64,000 nucleotides of DNA, from NCBI GenBank assembly GCA_963800895.1, contig CAWDDA010000015.1, positions 344,994 to 408,993 on the forward strand, written 5' to 3'. A model generated the notes under the pieces. The model did no database searches and had not been told where the DNA came from. It was given only the letters and a program-made list of their open reading frames with translations. Source of the DNA: an uncultured Acidobacteriota bacterium. Its GTDB lineage: Bacteria; Acidobacteriota; Blastocatellia; RBC074. The position numbers and the translations under genes were made by a program. Shown in pieces: positions 1-10,954 of this stretch. The stretch's first letter is position 1; every line of letters starts with the position of its first letter.

Positions 1-1912
1 CGGGCCATCTAAGCGTCCAGGCAGGGTATGGGTAATCCTTGATGTTACCCGGAAGAGGAGTCTCGGTTGTCGCTGTCACCATTCGTTCAAGGTCACCGAG
101 TGTGCTCGCCGTTGTAACCGCTGCTTCGTCGAGCTCGATCTGGAAACGTTCTTCAAGCGATGTCAGCAGTTCCATGCGTGCTAGTGAATCGAGCTTCAAA
201 TCGCTTGATAGGTTTGCCTCCGCATCCAGGCGCGAAGGCACCACTCCAGTTATCCGTTTGATCTGATCAAGTACGAGCGATCCTCCTCCGGTCCGAGAAA
301 CACTTTCATCCATGGCCGGATCGACGTGCTGATCGGCACGTTCTGCTATCAGACGCTTGATTACCTTCTGGGTCGAAGTGGTTCGTGGAAAGTCGCGCTC
401 AGGCCAGATCATCCAGCGGCGAATGTGCTGGAACTCCGATAGCGTCGCGTTAGCACGCGCCACAATATCCTGCACACTGGTTGCTCCCGCGTAGTCCGGC
501 TTGAGTATGATTGCCGCGAAAGGTTCAGGACCCTGAGGGCCTTCAACGCTCACGACCGCGGATTGTTCAACCTCGGGCTGTTGATTGAGTGCGGCCTCGA
601 GGTCCTCGGGAAATATCTTTAAGCCTGAGGCGAGAACTATAGTTTCCTTCTTGCGACCCTTGAAGAAGACATTCCCAGACACGTCTACAGTTCCAAGGTC
701 TCCGGTATGGAACCATCCGTCCTTGTCCAGGGCTTGCAATCCTGCGTCATCACCTGACTTCCAGTAGCCGGAACTGACACTCGGACCGCGGACGAGAATC
801 TCGCCGTCAGCAGCGACGCCAACCTGGTGATCGGGAAGCGGCTTTCCAATCGAATGCCGGACCATCTTGAAGGGATGAGGGATGGATATCACTGATGCAG
901 TCTCAGTCATGCCATAGCCTTGAAGTACGGCGAATCCGAGCGCTCGGAAGAACTCCTCAGTTTCAGCACTGAGTGATGCTCCTCCCGAAATTACGGCCCA
1001 GAATTTCCATCCGAACTGATTATGGATTTTGCGAAATCGAAACCACCGGCGAGCAACGGGCTCATTGAGAGCGCGTTTGATTTCGTGCTGAAAACGGGCG
1101 CGATGCTGATCTCGTTCGATTCTCTGTCGAAGCGAGTCGAACATTCGCGGAACCGCGACGAGGACTGATATGCGATACCGTTTGATAGTCTCGATTGCCT
1201 GGTTTGCCTGGAATGAATCGCGGAAGTAGACTTCGCCTCCGAGGTGCATCGGAATAAACATGCCCATGAACTGACCGAACACGTGACTCAAGGGCACCAT
1301 GCTCAGGAATCGAATCGGGTGAACAAACTTTTCCCATTTCAGATACTTTGAGGCCTCTTTCTCAATGGGGTCGAGGTTGGCGCGGAAGTTCTTATGGGTT
1401 AGCCGGACACCCTTCGGCTCTGAAGTTGTGCCTGATGTAAAGATGATCTCGACGAGATCAGATTCGTTAACCATAGCTGCCAGTTTTGTGAGATCCGTTT
1501 GCCGCGCGAGATCTGCAAGCTCGCTCAAATCGTCAAGTGCGAATTGCGGTATTCTCAATGACTGGAAGATACCAGCAGGCGAATCATGAACCACGAGCCG
1601 CGCGTCAACCTGATTCTGAACGCGCTCGACAAAGTCTGAGGTGCTCTGTCTGTCGAGGGGAACCACTACCGACCGATTGAGTAGGCATCCAAAGAAGGCA
1701 GCCACCCATTCCGGCCGGTTCGCACCTTGCAGGATTACGCGGTCTCCAGCCCCAATTCCACGGATAGAAAGTTCGCGGGCGAATCTCTCCGAAGCATGGA
1801 CAATGTCCGCATAGGACCATCTGACTGGTCGAAGCCCTTTCCAGTGAACAAACGCAGTCTTATTGCCCCGGCGTAAACACTCGAAGAGAAGTGCTGTCAG
1901 TGGACCTGGCAT
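1..1912 (-). CDS. AMP-dependent acyl synthetase/ligase fused to a phosphopantetheine carrier (ACP-like) domain; the 3' end runs off the window
   Basis: Absent from the ORF track because no stop lies inside the window. My minus-strand translation from ATG 1912 (MPGPLTALLFECLRRGNKTAFVHW...) stays open to base 1. It contains AMP-binding motifs IFTSGTTSEPKGV, GYGMTETAS and FHTGDLG, then a carrier-domain serine motif SSDLKLDSLARMEL. Confidence 0.8.
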   Translation of the reverse strand, partial: MPGPLTALLFECLRRGNKTAFVHWKGLRPVRWSYADIVHASERFARELSIRGIGAGDRVILQGANRPEWVAAFFGCLLNRSVVVPLDRQSTSDFVERVQNQVDARLVVHDSPAGIFQSLRIPQFALDDLSELADLARQTDLTKLAAMVNESDLVEIIFTSGTTSEPKGVRLTHKNFRANLDPIEKEASKYLKWEKFVHPIRFLSMVPLSHVFGQFMGMFIPMHLGGEVYFRDSFQANQAIETIKRYRISVLVAVPRMFDSLRQRIERDQHRARFQHEIKRALNEPVARRWFRFRKIHNQFGWKFWAVISGGASLSAETEEFFRALGFAVLQGYGMTETASVISIPHPFKMVRHSIGKPLPDHQVGVAADGEILVRGPSVSSGYWKSGDDAGLQALDKDGWFHTGDLGTVDVSGNVFFKGRKKETIVLASGLKIFPEDLEAALNQQPEVEQSAVVSVEGPQGPEPFAAIILKPDYAGATSVQDIVARANATLSEFQHIRRWMIWPERDFPRTTSTQKVIKRLIAERADQHVDPAMDESVSRTGGGSLVLDQIKRITGVVPSRLDAEANLSSDLKLDSLARMELLTSLEERFQIELDEAAVTTASTLGDLERMVTATTETPLPGNIKDYPYPAWTLRWP

Positions 1913-1950
1913 GCAATAGGCATGTCGTACCGCCGTCGGGCGGAATCCTA

Positions 1951-2041
1951 TTATTTGTCATTTGTCATTTGTCATTTGTTATTTTCACGAGCCTTGTCGA
2001 TTCTGATCTAAATAACAAATGATAAATTATGACAAATGACA
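1951..2041. repeat. Family T palindrome: inverted arrays of TCATTTG heptamers
   Basis: TTATTTG TCATTTG TCATTTG TCATTTG TTATTTT ... AATAACAAATGATAAATTATGACAAATGACA. The arms are complementary and the element is intergenic. Confidence 0.8.
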
Positions 2042-2120
2042 GAGTTTGAGCTCCATGCCTGAAAACAAGCGCTATATAGCACTTGCGACCAGGGGCTGCA
2101 AGCTAAATACTTGGGGGCGA

Positions 2121-3453
2121 ATGATTACGAAGAGAGTTGCCGCAGTCGCAGTAATGCTTGTACTTCTGGGTCTCGGTGTAACGGCGCAACGATCGCCCGC
2201 ACCAAGGCCGCTCGCACCTCGTCAAATAAGTGAGATTAACCAGCTTGCCAGACCGGCTTCAGACCGGGTGATCGCGATTGTAGGCGCTACTTTGATCGAC
2301 GGAAAAGGTGGCTCACCGCTCACCGATGCGGCTGTTGTGGTGAAGAGTGACACAATCATTTCCTCCGGCCCGCGAAAGAATGTGCCCATTCCGCAAAATG
2401 CTGAGATAGTGCGAGCCGAGGGGATGACCGCTTCTTCCCGGGCTGATTGACTCCCATTTCCATCTGGATAATGACGGTGCGCTGCCATCGCTCTTTTTGA
2501 GTCATGGGATTACATCCACGCGGGACCCTGGCCGTGGATCGAAGCCTATGACAACGTCCGCAAGTCGAACCAGCCTATACCGCGGCTCTTCCTGGCCGGA
2601 CCCCATCTCGATAATCCGCCGCCTGCATATCCAACCGATTCAATAATCGTACGTGATGCAGAGGAGACGCGTCTTGCGGTCAATCGCTTTATCGATCAGG
2701 GCGCATCGGTGATCAAGGTCTATTTTCGACTGCCCCTCTCGTTGATCCGCGTTGCAGCGCAGACCTGCGCACGAGCGTGGAATTCCTGTCACGGCGCATC
2801 TGGAGATCGTGGATGCTGATGATGCGATTCGCGCAGGCGTCGACGGGTTCGAGCACATTACATCGTTTGGTACGGCACTTTTGCCTCGGCGCGAAGCGGA
2901 GAAGTACCGACAGGCAGTCCTGGCAGACAATAATGCGCGTCGCGAGGGACGTTATAAAGTGTGGAGTGAGATCGACCTTGGCTCGCCGCGCGTAGGCCCT
3001 CTGCTCGAACTAATCACGCGTCACGGCATATTTCTCTCACCGACGCTTGCGGTCTTCGAGCGGCGCACAGGTGACCGGGACACGACTGAAATGCACACGC
3101 GAGCTTTTGGTCAGATGCTCAAGTTTGTTGGGATGGCAAAGCGTACAGGTGCGCGCGTCGTGGTTGGCTCGCACTCGAGTGTTCCTCACGCAGAGCGCGG
3201 CTGGGCCTATCAACGTGAAATGGAACTGCTGGTTGAGAGCGGGCTGACGCCAATGGAGGTGATTGCGGCCGCGACCATAGAGAACGCCCGGTTTTTCCGC
3301 ATTGCTGATCGTTTGGGCAGCATCGAAAAGGGCAAGCTCGCCGATCTGATATTGATTGAAGGCGATCCGCTTAAAGATATGGGAGCGATGCGACGCGTAA
3401 AGAGAGTGATGCTCAACGGAAAATGGGTCTCACCTGGGAGCGCCGGTCTCTGA
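2121..3453 (+). pseudogene. Secreted amidohydrolase-superfamily metal hydrolase, reading frame broken about 3 times
   Basis: Signal peptide MITKRVAAVAVMLVLLGLGVTAQ. The conserved sequence switches frame at ~2430 (AEGM / PGLIDSHFHL), ~2532 (GITSTRDPG / WIEAYDNVRKSNQPIPRLFLAGPHLD) and ~2750 (VIKVYF.. / AHERGIPVTAHLEIVDADDAIRAGVDGFEH). The tail GKLADLILIEGDPL is typical of the family. Built from ORFs 2046..2450 and 2752..3453. Confidence 0.7.
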
Positions 3454-3572
3454 CCGGCGCGTGGCGACGGTAAGTTTGGAGTGCGGGGATGTCATGCTTT
3501 TCGTTCGTGGCGGAATATTCGAGCGAACAAAAGCGGTGACAAGTCCCCGCACTCCAAATCCGGCGCTCCCGG
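3433..3572. repeat. Family G composite palindrome (outer CCTGGGAGCGCCGG, inner TTTGGAGTGCGGGGA...GACAAGTCCCCGCACTCCAAA)
   Basis: Nested inverted repeats read directly. The first hairpin, GCGCCGGTCTCTGACCGGCGC, includes the stop codon of the preceding gene. Confidence 0.75.
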
Positions 3573-3585
3573 CTCGAACTCAAAG

Positions 3586-4527
3586 CTACCTGGATGGCAC
3601 TGAAGCTGAGAGGAATTCGTGGATTGCAAAGGCGACGAGCTTCGCAGTGCGACTGTCGATATCGAACGCGGGATTAAGTTCAGTGAACTCGATGATGCGT
3701 GTGTTGGCGCGGTCGCCTGCCAGTCGCGCAAGCTCGCAGAACTCCTCGCCAGTCAGCCCTGTGGGGCTCGGAGCGCTCACCCCTGGCGCATCTGACGAAC
3801 GAACAACGTCCAGATCGAAACCCCAGAATGCAGCCGGCGCATCGGTGTGACCCACAACGTCACTTATCACCTTCATGACGCCATCATGTCTCAGCTCAGC
3901 AAGACTGATGCAATTGACGCCCAGATCTTCGAGATAGCCGAGGTAGATCTCCGAGTTGACGGCACGCTGATATCCGATTTCGAAGAATCGCAACGGATTG
4001 AGTCCGTTCTCGAGAAGTTGACGGTACGGCGTCCCGCTGTTTGCTTCCTTCTCCTCGCGAACATCGAAATGCGAGTCGATGTTGAGCGCGACCGCGTCAG
4101 GAAAGAGGTCAATTAGTGCGGAACAATTAGGATAGGAAATATCATTCCCGCCGCCAATTACGATGAGCTTCTTGCGGTCGCGAAGCACCTGAGTCACAAC
4201 CTGATGCTGAAGCTCGTGCGTCTCCTCGAGCGTCCGGGCGATTTTGAGATCACCGAGATCGAAAAGTTCTTCGTCGCGAATGCCAAAGGACGTCAGCTTG
4301 TAAAGGGCACGGCGGACCTCAGTGGGACCCTCGCGAGCTCCTTCGCGACCTCGATTGCGTCTGACTCCTTCGTCCTGAGGACAACCAAGAATCACGGTTG
4401 AAGCACGCGCATAATCACCTGGATCTGTCATGACGACTTCACCAAGCCGCGTGTCAAACGCATCTCCGCGGGTGAAAAGCAGCGACTTTGCCGGGCGGTC
4501 CGTGAACTCGAAGATATCCATTCCCAT
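3586..4527 (-). CDS. hutG: Formimidoylglutamase (arginase/ureohydrolase family)
   Basis: 313-aa ORF with ureohydrolase metal-site motifs [15 protein letters not shown] and GFDLDV. It is divergent from hutU, with only 47 bp between them. Confidence 0.8.
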   Translation of the reverse strand: MGMDIFEFTDRPAKSLLFTRGDAFDTRLGEVVMTDPGDYARASTVILGCPQDEGVRRNRGREGAREGPTEVRRALYKLTSFGIRDEELFDLGDLKIARTLEETHELQHQVVTQVLRDRKKLIVIGGGNDISYPNCSALIDLFPDAVALNIDSHFDVREEKEANSGTPYRQLLENGLNPLRFFEIGYQRAVNSEIYLGYLEDLGVNCISLAELRHDGVMKVISDVVGHTDAPAAFWGFDLDVVRSSDAPGVSAPSPTGLTGEEFCELARLAGDRANTRIIEFTELNPAFDIDSRTAKLVAFAIHEFLSASVPSR

Positions 4528-4574
4528 CCATCCGAAATGTTGAGATAATTGAATCTAGCATAGCGCTTCAGAGT

Positions 4575-6227
4575 ATGTCACCAACCATTAGAGCACCGCG
4601 TGGAACGGAGCTTACCTGCAAGAACTGGTTGATCGAAGCTGCCTATCGCATGCTGCAGAACAACCTTGACCCTGAAGTCGCATTCGATCCCGACAACCTC
4701 ATCGTGTACGGCGGGCGCGGCAAGGCAGCGAGAAACTGGGATTGCTTCCACGCGATATTAAACTCGCTAATACAGCTTCAGCCGGACGAAACTCTGCTGG
4801 TGCAATCCGGAAAGCCGGTTGCCGTCTTCCGCACTCACGAAGACGCGCCGCGAGTGCTCCTTGCCAACAGCAACATCGTTCCTCATTGGGCTACACAGGA
4901 GAACTTCGATAAGTGGGAACGCGAAGGTCTGATCATGTACGGTCAGATGACTGCGGGAAGCTGGATCTACATCGGCACGCAAGGGATTCTACAGGGCACT
5001 TTTGAGACGTTCGGGTCGCTCGCGCGCCAAAAAGGTTGGGACAGTCTGAGGGGGAAGTTTGTCCTCACGGCAGGTCTCGGTGAAATGGGAGGCGCGCAGC
5101 CTCTCGCAATCACCATGAACGGTGGGTGCGGTCTCATTGTCGAGGTTGATCCCTGGCGAGCAGAACGTCGGCTCTCGCTCAAACAGATAGACGTGGTAAC
5201 TGAGGATCTCAGTGAGGCGCTCTTACTTATCAACAAATCCGTAAAGACTGGTGAAGCTCTGTCGGTCGGGCTTATTGCCAACGCCGCCGAAGTCTTTCCG
5301 GCACTCTTGTCACAAGGCGTGCAACCGGACGTTGTCACGGATCAAACCGCGGCTCACGACCCTAAATTCGGGTACATCCCCGCGGGTCTGTCGCTTGATG
5401 CGGCGAAGCAGATGCGAGAATTCGATCCCGCACGCTATCACGAACGAGTACTCGATTCGATGAGTGTGCAGGTCCGAGCGATGCTTCAATGGCAACAACA
5501 GGGAAGCGTCGTTTTTGACTACGGCAACAATCTGCGACAGCGGGCATTTGATCACGGAGTTGCGCGTGCGTTTGACTATCCGGGATTCGTCCCGGCTTTC
5601 ATCCGGCCGCTGTTTTGTGAAGGAAAGGGTCCATTTCGCTGGGTTGCGCTTTCTGGTGATCCTGACGACATAGGAACTATCGACCGTGAGATCATCGAGC
5701 TCTTTCCTGAGAACGATCACTTGATCCGCTGGCTGACGCTGGCACAGCAAAAGGTAGCCTTTCAGGGATTACCAGCGCGCATATGCTGGCTGGGATACGG
5801 AGAGCGAATGAAGGCCGGACTTCTACTCAATGACCTCGTTGCTTCGGGAAAGGTCAGGGCACCGATAGTAATTGGGCGCGATCATCTGGATTGCGGTTCG
5901 GTTGCAAGTCCGAACAGGGAAACTGAAGCCATGCTCGACGGATCGGATGCAATAGCCGACTGGCCTCTGCTGAATGCGCTTATCAACGTTGCGGGTGGTG
6001 CTACCTGGGTGAGTATTCATCACGGGGGCGGTGTTGGAATTGGCTACAGCATTCATGCGGGACAGGTAATTGTCGCAGACGGTACGCCAGAGGCAAGACG
6101 CAGAATTGAAAGGGTACTGACGGCAGATCCGGGGCTCGGTGTCGCGCGGCATGCAGATGCTGGCTACGAAGCAGCAATCTCGTTTGCCCGGAAGCAGGGC
6201 ATCAACTTACCAATGCTTGAAGACTGA
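4575..6227 (+). CDS. hutU: Urocanate hydratase
   Basis: 550-aa [45 protein letters not shown] and [20 protein letters not shown] match urocanase along its full length. Confidence 0.95.
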   Translation: MSPTIRAPRGTELTCKNWLIEAAYRMLQNNLDPEVAFDPDNLIVYGGRGKAARNWDCFHAILNSLIQLQPDETLLVQSGKPVAVFRTHEDAPRVLLANSNIVPHWATQENFDKWEREGLIMYGQMTAGSWIYIGTQGILQGTFETFGSLARQKGWDSLRGKFVLTAGLGEMGGAQPLAITMNGGCGLIVEVDPWRAERRLSLKQIDVVTEDLSEALLLINKSVKTGEALSVGLIANAAEVFPALLSQGVQPDVVTDQTAAHDPKFGYIPAGLSLDAAKQMREFDPARYHERVLDSMSVQVRAMLQWQQQGSVVFDYGNNLRQRAFDHGVARAFDYPGFVPAFIRPLFCEGKGPFRWVALSGDPDDIGTIDREIIELFPENDHLIRWLTLAQQKVAFQGLPARICWLGYGERMKAGLLLNDLVASGKVRAPIVIGRDHLDCGSVASPNRETEAMLDGSDAIADWPLLNALINVAGGATWVSIHHGGGVGIGYSIHAGQVIVADGTPEARRRIERVLTADPGLGVARHADAGYEAAISFARKQGINLPMLED

Positions 6228-6241
6228 GGCAGTAGCTTAGA

Positions 6242-7555
6242 GTGAAGCCGGCTGATCTTATTGTTCATGATGTCCGCCAGTTGGTGACCTGCGCGAACCA
6301 TCACGGTTCGAAGCACGGCGAAGAGATGCTCGATCCCGGCCTGATTCAAGGCGGCGCTGTTGCTATCAGCGGCGGGCGAATCACGGGTGTCGGTGAAACT
6401 CAGCAGATCTTCCGCGAGTTTACAGGCGAGACCACTATTGATGCCTCGGGTCGCGTTGTGGTCCCCGGCTTTGTAGACGCGCATACTCACGCGATTTTTG
6501 CGGGGAATCGGCTCGACGAATTCGAGCAGAAGATTGAAGGGGCGAACTATCTCGAGATCCTTGCCAGGGGCGGCGGAATTCACTCGACTACGCGTGCGAC
6601 TCGAAGCGCAACGCTCGAGCATCTGATCGAGCTTTCTGCTGCACGACTCAACACTATGCTGACCCTGGGAACCACGACGATAGAGATCAAGACGGGCTAC
6701 GGTCTTGAAAGGGATGGCGAGATAAAGATGCTTAAGGCAATCGAACGTCTGGACAAGGTTCTCGTCACAGATCTGGTTCCGACCTTCCTGGGTGCTCATG
6801 CGGTTCCTCCGGAGTTTGCCAACCGGCCTGACGCCTATGTGTACTCGATTGTCGAAGAGATACTTCCTGCAGCAGTTCGCTGGTATCGTGAATCGCACTT
6901 CAGGAAATCACACGTGCCCTTTTTTGTAGACGTCTTTTGCGAAACTGGAGCCTTTAATGTCGCGCAATCGCGACACGTGCTGCAGGCCGGAAGGTCCCAC
7001 GGGATGCTTGTTAAAGCGCACGTGGACCAATTCAATAATCTCGGTGGAGTCCCGATGGCGCTCGAGCTTGATGCGGTCTCCCTCGATCACCTCGATACCA
7101 TTCGTCCAAGAGATTTGCGGTTGATCGCGCAGTCCAGGACGATTGCTGTGATCATGCCGGCAGCCAACCTCAGTTCGGGAAGCACGAGTTTTGCGGACGC
7201 CCGCGCCTTGATCGACGATGGAGCAGCCGTTGCGTTTTCAACCGACTTCAATCCAGGGTCGTCTCCGTGCCTGTCGATGCCGCTGGTCATGGGGATCGCA
7301 TGCAGGTATTGCAGAGTAACACCTGCGGAAGCACTGAATGGAGTCACAATCAACGCTGCGCATGCGCTTGGTATTGGCAGCAGAGTGGGTTCACTCGAAG
7401 TTGGCAAACAGGCTGACCTGCTGATTCTGGATGTAGATGATTACCGAGAAATAGCCTACGTTCTCGGTGGCAATCCTGTGGCCGCGGTAATCAAGAATGG
7501 AGATGTTGTGCCGCCAACAGTGGGAATCGTGGGGATGCCCGGGAATAGCTCTTAA
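6242..7555 (+). CDS. hutI: Imidazolonepropionase
   Basis: 437-aa ORF with a GTG start. It has PGFVDAHTHAIFAGNR, GGGIHSTTRATR and the C-terminal GSLEVGKQADLLILD, and lies between hutU and hutH. Confidence 0.9.
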   Translation: MKPADLIVHDVRQLVTCANHHGSKHGEEMLDPGLIQGGAVAISGGRITGVGETQQIFREFTGETTIDASGRVVVPGFVDAHTHAIFAGNRLDEFEQKIEGANYLEILARGGGIHSTTRATRSATLEHLIELSAARLNTMLTLGTTTIEIKTGYGLERDGEIKMLKAIERLDKVLVTDLVPTFLGAHAVPPEFANRPDAYVYSIVEEILPAAVRWYRESHFRKSHVPFFVDVFCETGAFNVAQSRHVLQAGRSHGMLVKAHVDQFNNLGGVPMALELDAVSLDHLDTIRPRDLRLIAQSRTIAVIMPAANLSSGSTSFADARALIDDGAAVAFSTDFNPGSSPCLSMPLVMGIACRYCRVTPAEALNGVTINAAHALGIGSRVGSLEVGKQADLLILDVDDYREIAYVLGGNPVAAVIKNGDVVPPTVGIVGMPGNSS

Positions 7556-7557
7556 GG

Positions 7558-7605
7558 AAAAAAGAGCGGCGACAGGTCGCCGTACTCCAAATTGGCGCTC
7601 CCAGG
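7558..7605. repeat. Family G half-element (GCGGCGACAGGTCGCCG hairpin + ACTCCAAA + GGCGCTCCCAGG)
   Basis: Sequence read directly. It fills the hutI-hutH gap. Confidence 0.7.
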
Positions 7606-7612
7606 TTTTTGA

Positions 7613-9185
7613 ATGAGTGATCGCCTTTACATCGACGGTAAGAGTCTCACGATCGAAGATGTCGTGCGGATCGCGCGTGGCGCAGCTGGCGCTCCAGGTG
7701 TTGAGCTAACTGCAGATGCCACAAAAAGGGTCGAGATATCGGCATCGGCAGTTGCGAAACTTGTCGAGACGGGTACGGTAGCTTATGGCATCACAACAGG
7801 TTTTGGTGCCTTCAAGGATCGCGTTATCCCACTCGACCAGGTGGAACAACTTCAGCGTAATATCATCCTTAGTCATTCGGTCGGCGTTGGCGCTCCGTTC
7901 AATCGCGCGGAGACTCGCGCGATCATGTTGATTCGTGCAAATACTCTTGCGCGCGGCTACTCTGGAATCAGGCTCGCAACGCTCGTTCTTCTTCTCGAGC
8001 TTATCAATCGCGGCATCCATCCGGTTATTCCCGAACAGGGTTCGCTTGGGGCGAGCGGTGATCTCGCTCCGCTCGCGCACATGAGCCTGGTTCTCATTGG
8101 CGAGGGTGAGGCGAATTGCGAAGCGGAACAAGGTGTCAGACCTGCGTCGATAGCGCTCACGGCTGCCGGGCTTTCGCCAGTTGTACTGACTGCAAAGGAA
8201 GGTCTCGCCCTGACGAACGGCACATCGGTTATGAGCGCAATCGGTGTACTCGAGACTCATCGCGCTGAGCGGCTCAGCCGCGTTGCTGATATTGCCGGCT
8301 GCCTCAGCCTCGAAGCCCTTAATGGAACTGATCTGGCCTTCGATGAAAGAATACATTCACTACGACCGTTTCCACGCCAGATCGATTGCGCCGCCAATCT
8401 CAGACGCCTTCTCGAAGGCAGCGAATTTACCCGGAAGCACGATCCGACAAATATTCAGGATGCGTACACTCTGAGGTGCATGCCACAGGTGCACGGCGCA
8501 GCGCGGGATGCCATTGCATACGCGCGATGGGCGATTGAGATCGAGCTCAATGCAGTAACCGACAATCCGCTTATCTTTGCCGATGATCAGACCGGAGCTA
8601 TCGAAGTAATTTCCGGCGGCAATTTTCACGGCGAGCCAATCGCGATCGCCATGGATTATCTAGCGCTTGGAGTGAGCGAACTGGGCAACATTTCCGAACG
8701 GCGTGTGATGCGGTTGATCGATGAAGCTTCAAACACGCACATTCTTCCGGCGTTCCTAACGCGGCATGGAGGTCTCAATTCGGGCTTCATGCTGGCGCAA
8801 TATACGGCGGCGGCACTGGCGACTGAGAACAAGATTCTCTCGCATCCCGCAAGCGTGGATACGATCCCGACATCCGCCAACGTAGAAGATCACGTGAGTA
8901 TGGGGTGCACCGCCGCGCTCAAGATGCGAAGGATCAACGACAATGTTGAGCGCGATACTTGCGATCGAACTTATGGCTGCTGCTCAAGCAATCGACTTCC
9001 GGCGAGAGGCACTCGGATCAGATGTCAGACTTGGCCGTGGAACCGCTCCCATCTACGAGCTTATACGGTCGCGGATTCCGTTCATCGGTTCTGACACGAT
9101 TATGTATCCGCACATCGAGTCAGCACGAAGGTTGATCGACGAGAATCTCATCGTCGAGGCGGCGCAGGCAGCACTGGCAGACTGA
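7613..9185 (+). pseudogene. hutH: Histidine ammonia-lyase, one frame break near 8950
   Basis: ORF 7613..9094 carries the MIO-forming GASGDLAPLAH. The conserved C-terminus ILAIELMAAAQAIDFR... continues in ORF 8943..9185. Confidence 0.9.
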
Positions 9186-9208
9186 ACACCGGGCCATTGG
9201 ATACAGGT

Positions 9209-10444
9209 TCAAGGCCAGAGTGTGACCAAAAGAATGCCTGCGACAAGAACCGAGGCGTAGGGAATAGCGATCGCCTTCAGCAGATGTCGGTGACCAACGA
9301 AGCCAATGATGAGAACTTTGAACACCAGGTTCGCCAGCGATGCGATGACGATCAGACGCCAGGCTTGCGACGCGTCCAGGCGAGCTGAACTAACGAGCCT
9401 TGAGATCGAAAGGGTGATAGCGTCGACGTCGGTCAGTCCGGAGAGAATTGCGACGACAAACAGTCCGCGATCACCATACCACTCCTTGACCCCAGTGACT
9501 GCCAGCAGCACGAGCGCGTAAATGAGCGCAAAGACAAGCGCAGACTTGAGCTCTGACGGATTTCCGTGTTCTGGGACTGCCACCTGCTCTTTGCGTGCGC
9601 CGAACCATAACCACACACCGGCAGCAGCAAGGAGAAATCCGAGAATCAGGATTGGTGGGGCCGCAACTCGGACAAAGGTTGGCGCGACGGCGAAGATCTC
9701 AACCAGAACTCTAAAATAGAGTATGGTTGTCGCGATTGTGATGACAATCGCAGCAACGCGGACAAGCGACTCGTTCTCACGCGATTGGCGCGCGTTACTG
9801 ACAGTAGTGGCCGTGCTCGAGATAAGTCCTCCAAGAATTCCACCCAGGATCACGCCGGTATTAGCGTCAAAGAACTTGTAGGCGATGTAGCCGATCAGAC
9901 TGATACCGACGATGAGCACAACCATCAGCCAGATGTTGCGTGGATTGAGAACATTGAAAGGTCCAAACGTTCGATCAGGCAGTACGGGGAGAATGATCAA
10001 CGAGATCAGCGCAAACTGCATGATCGCTTTCACATCGTCCTTGCCGAGCCTCGCCGTGACCGCGTGTAACTCTCCCCTGAAATGAAGCAGAATTGCGGTC
10101 GCGCTACCTATGGCCACTCCTACAAACGTCTGCCCGACGATGAGATAGGCGCCTACCGCGAACATCACCAGCATCGACACTTCGGTAGTGATACCGGGAT
10201 CAACATCCCCACGGTTCATCTCGATAACGTTCCCGATGACGATTACTCCTCCAAGCCCGATGAGGCCGGCTGCAACTACCCACCCCCCAAACGTCTGCGC
10301 CAGCAGCCCACAAGTCGCACCAAGAAACGTAATCAACGGAAACGTCCGAATTCCGCCGAGTCGAGCTGATGCGTGTTCGCGCTGCAGTCCCACAAGCAGA
10401 CCGAGTCCGAGAGCAATTGCCAGTTGATAGATTGTGGTCGCCAT
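9209..10444 (-). CDS. MgtC/SapB-like N-terminal domain fused to a polytopic membrane domain (DUF4010-type architecture)
   Basis: 411-aa ORF that is hydrophobic throughout. The N-terminal LVGLQREHA...GGIRTF pattern resembles MgtC. The family assignment is from memory, not from a search. Confidence 0.65.
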   Translation of the reverse strand: MATTIYQLAIALGLGLLVGLQREHASARLGGIRTFPLITFLGATCGLLAQTFGGWVVAAGLIGLGGVIVIGNVIEMNRGDVDPGITTEVSMLVMFAVGAYLIVGQTFVGVAIGSATAILLHFRGELHAVTARLGKDDVKAIMQFALISLIILPVLPDRTFGPFNVLNPRNIWLMVVLIVGISLIGYIAYKFFDANTGVILGGILGGLISSTATTVSNARQSRENESLVRVAAIVITIATTILYFRVLVEIFAVAPTFVRVAAPPILILGFLLAAAGVWLWFGARKEQVAVPEHGNPSELKSALVFALIYALVLLAVTGVKEWYGDRGLFVVAILSGLTDVDAITLSISRLVSSARLDASQAWRLIVIASLANLVFKVLIIGFVGHRHLLKAIAIPYASVLVAGILLVTLWP

Positions 10445-10450
10445 GTCTAC

Positions 10451-10913
10451 CTACTCTGAGGCAGGCTCACGGCGTCTGACGATCTGAACGGAACAATTTG
10501 CGTGAGATGCAATTGCCTGCGACACCGATCCGAGAAGAAAGCGTTGCCAGCCGCGATATCCATGCCGATCCGACAACGATCAGATCGGCTCCCCACTTTT
10601 CCGCTTCATCGAGTATTGCTTCTTTCGGGTGTCCGTTGACGACGCTCACGCTGATCGTCGCATTGTCGCCGTGCGCCGAACCAAGCCGCCCGCGGGCTGC
10701 ATTGACGGCACTTTGAGCCTGTTCCCGTGCTGCTTTCTCCATTTCAGTGAAGTAGGTTTCGGGCAGGGCCCAGGTTTCAGGCGTCGGAACGTAAGGCGAT
10801 TCAATGACCGAAAGCACGCGTACTTCGGTTCCGGCCGACAATGGGTTACTGGCGATCGCATTGACTGCATTCTCGCTTCCATCCGAACCATCAACCGCAA
10901 TCAGGATTTTCAT
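10451..10913 (-). pseudogene. Universal stress protein (UspA family), one frame break near 10556
   Basis: MKILIAVDGSDGSENAV...ADLIVVGS. The expected tail [31 protein letters not shown] is read in another frame and ends at TAG 10451-10453. Confidence 0.75.
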
Positions 10914-10954
10914 CGATGCCTCCGTGACTTTGGAGCGTTAACAGCAAAGGTCTG

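Noticed and set aside
6164-6898. Long antisense or overlapping ORFs in the six-frame track, for example 6164..6898(-), 7706..8356(-), 5310..5750(-), 12065..12550(-), 13022..13606(-), 29435..30184(-), 30933..31658(-), 50998..51477(-) and 53075..53488(-).
   Set aside because: Each lies opposite or out of frame within a gene whose product I recognise along its full length. Their translations are Arg/Ser/Pro-rich with no motifs, as expected for shadow ORFs in GC-rich DNA.
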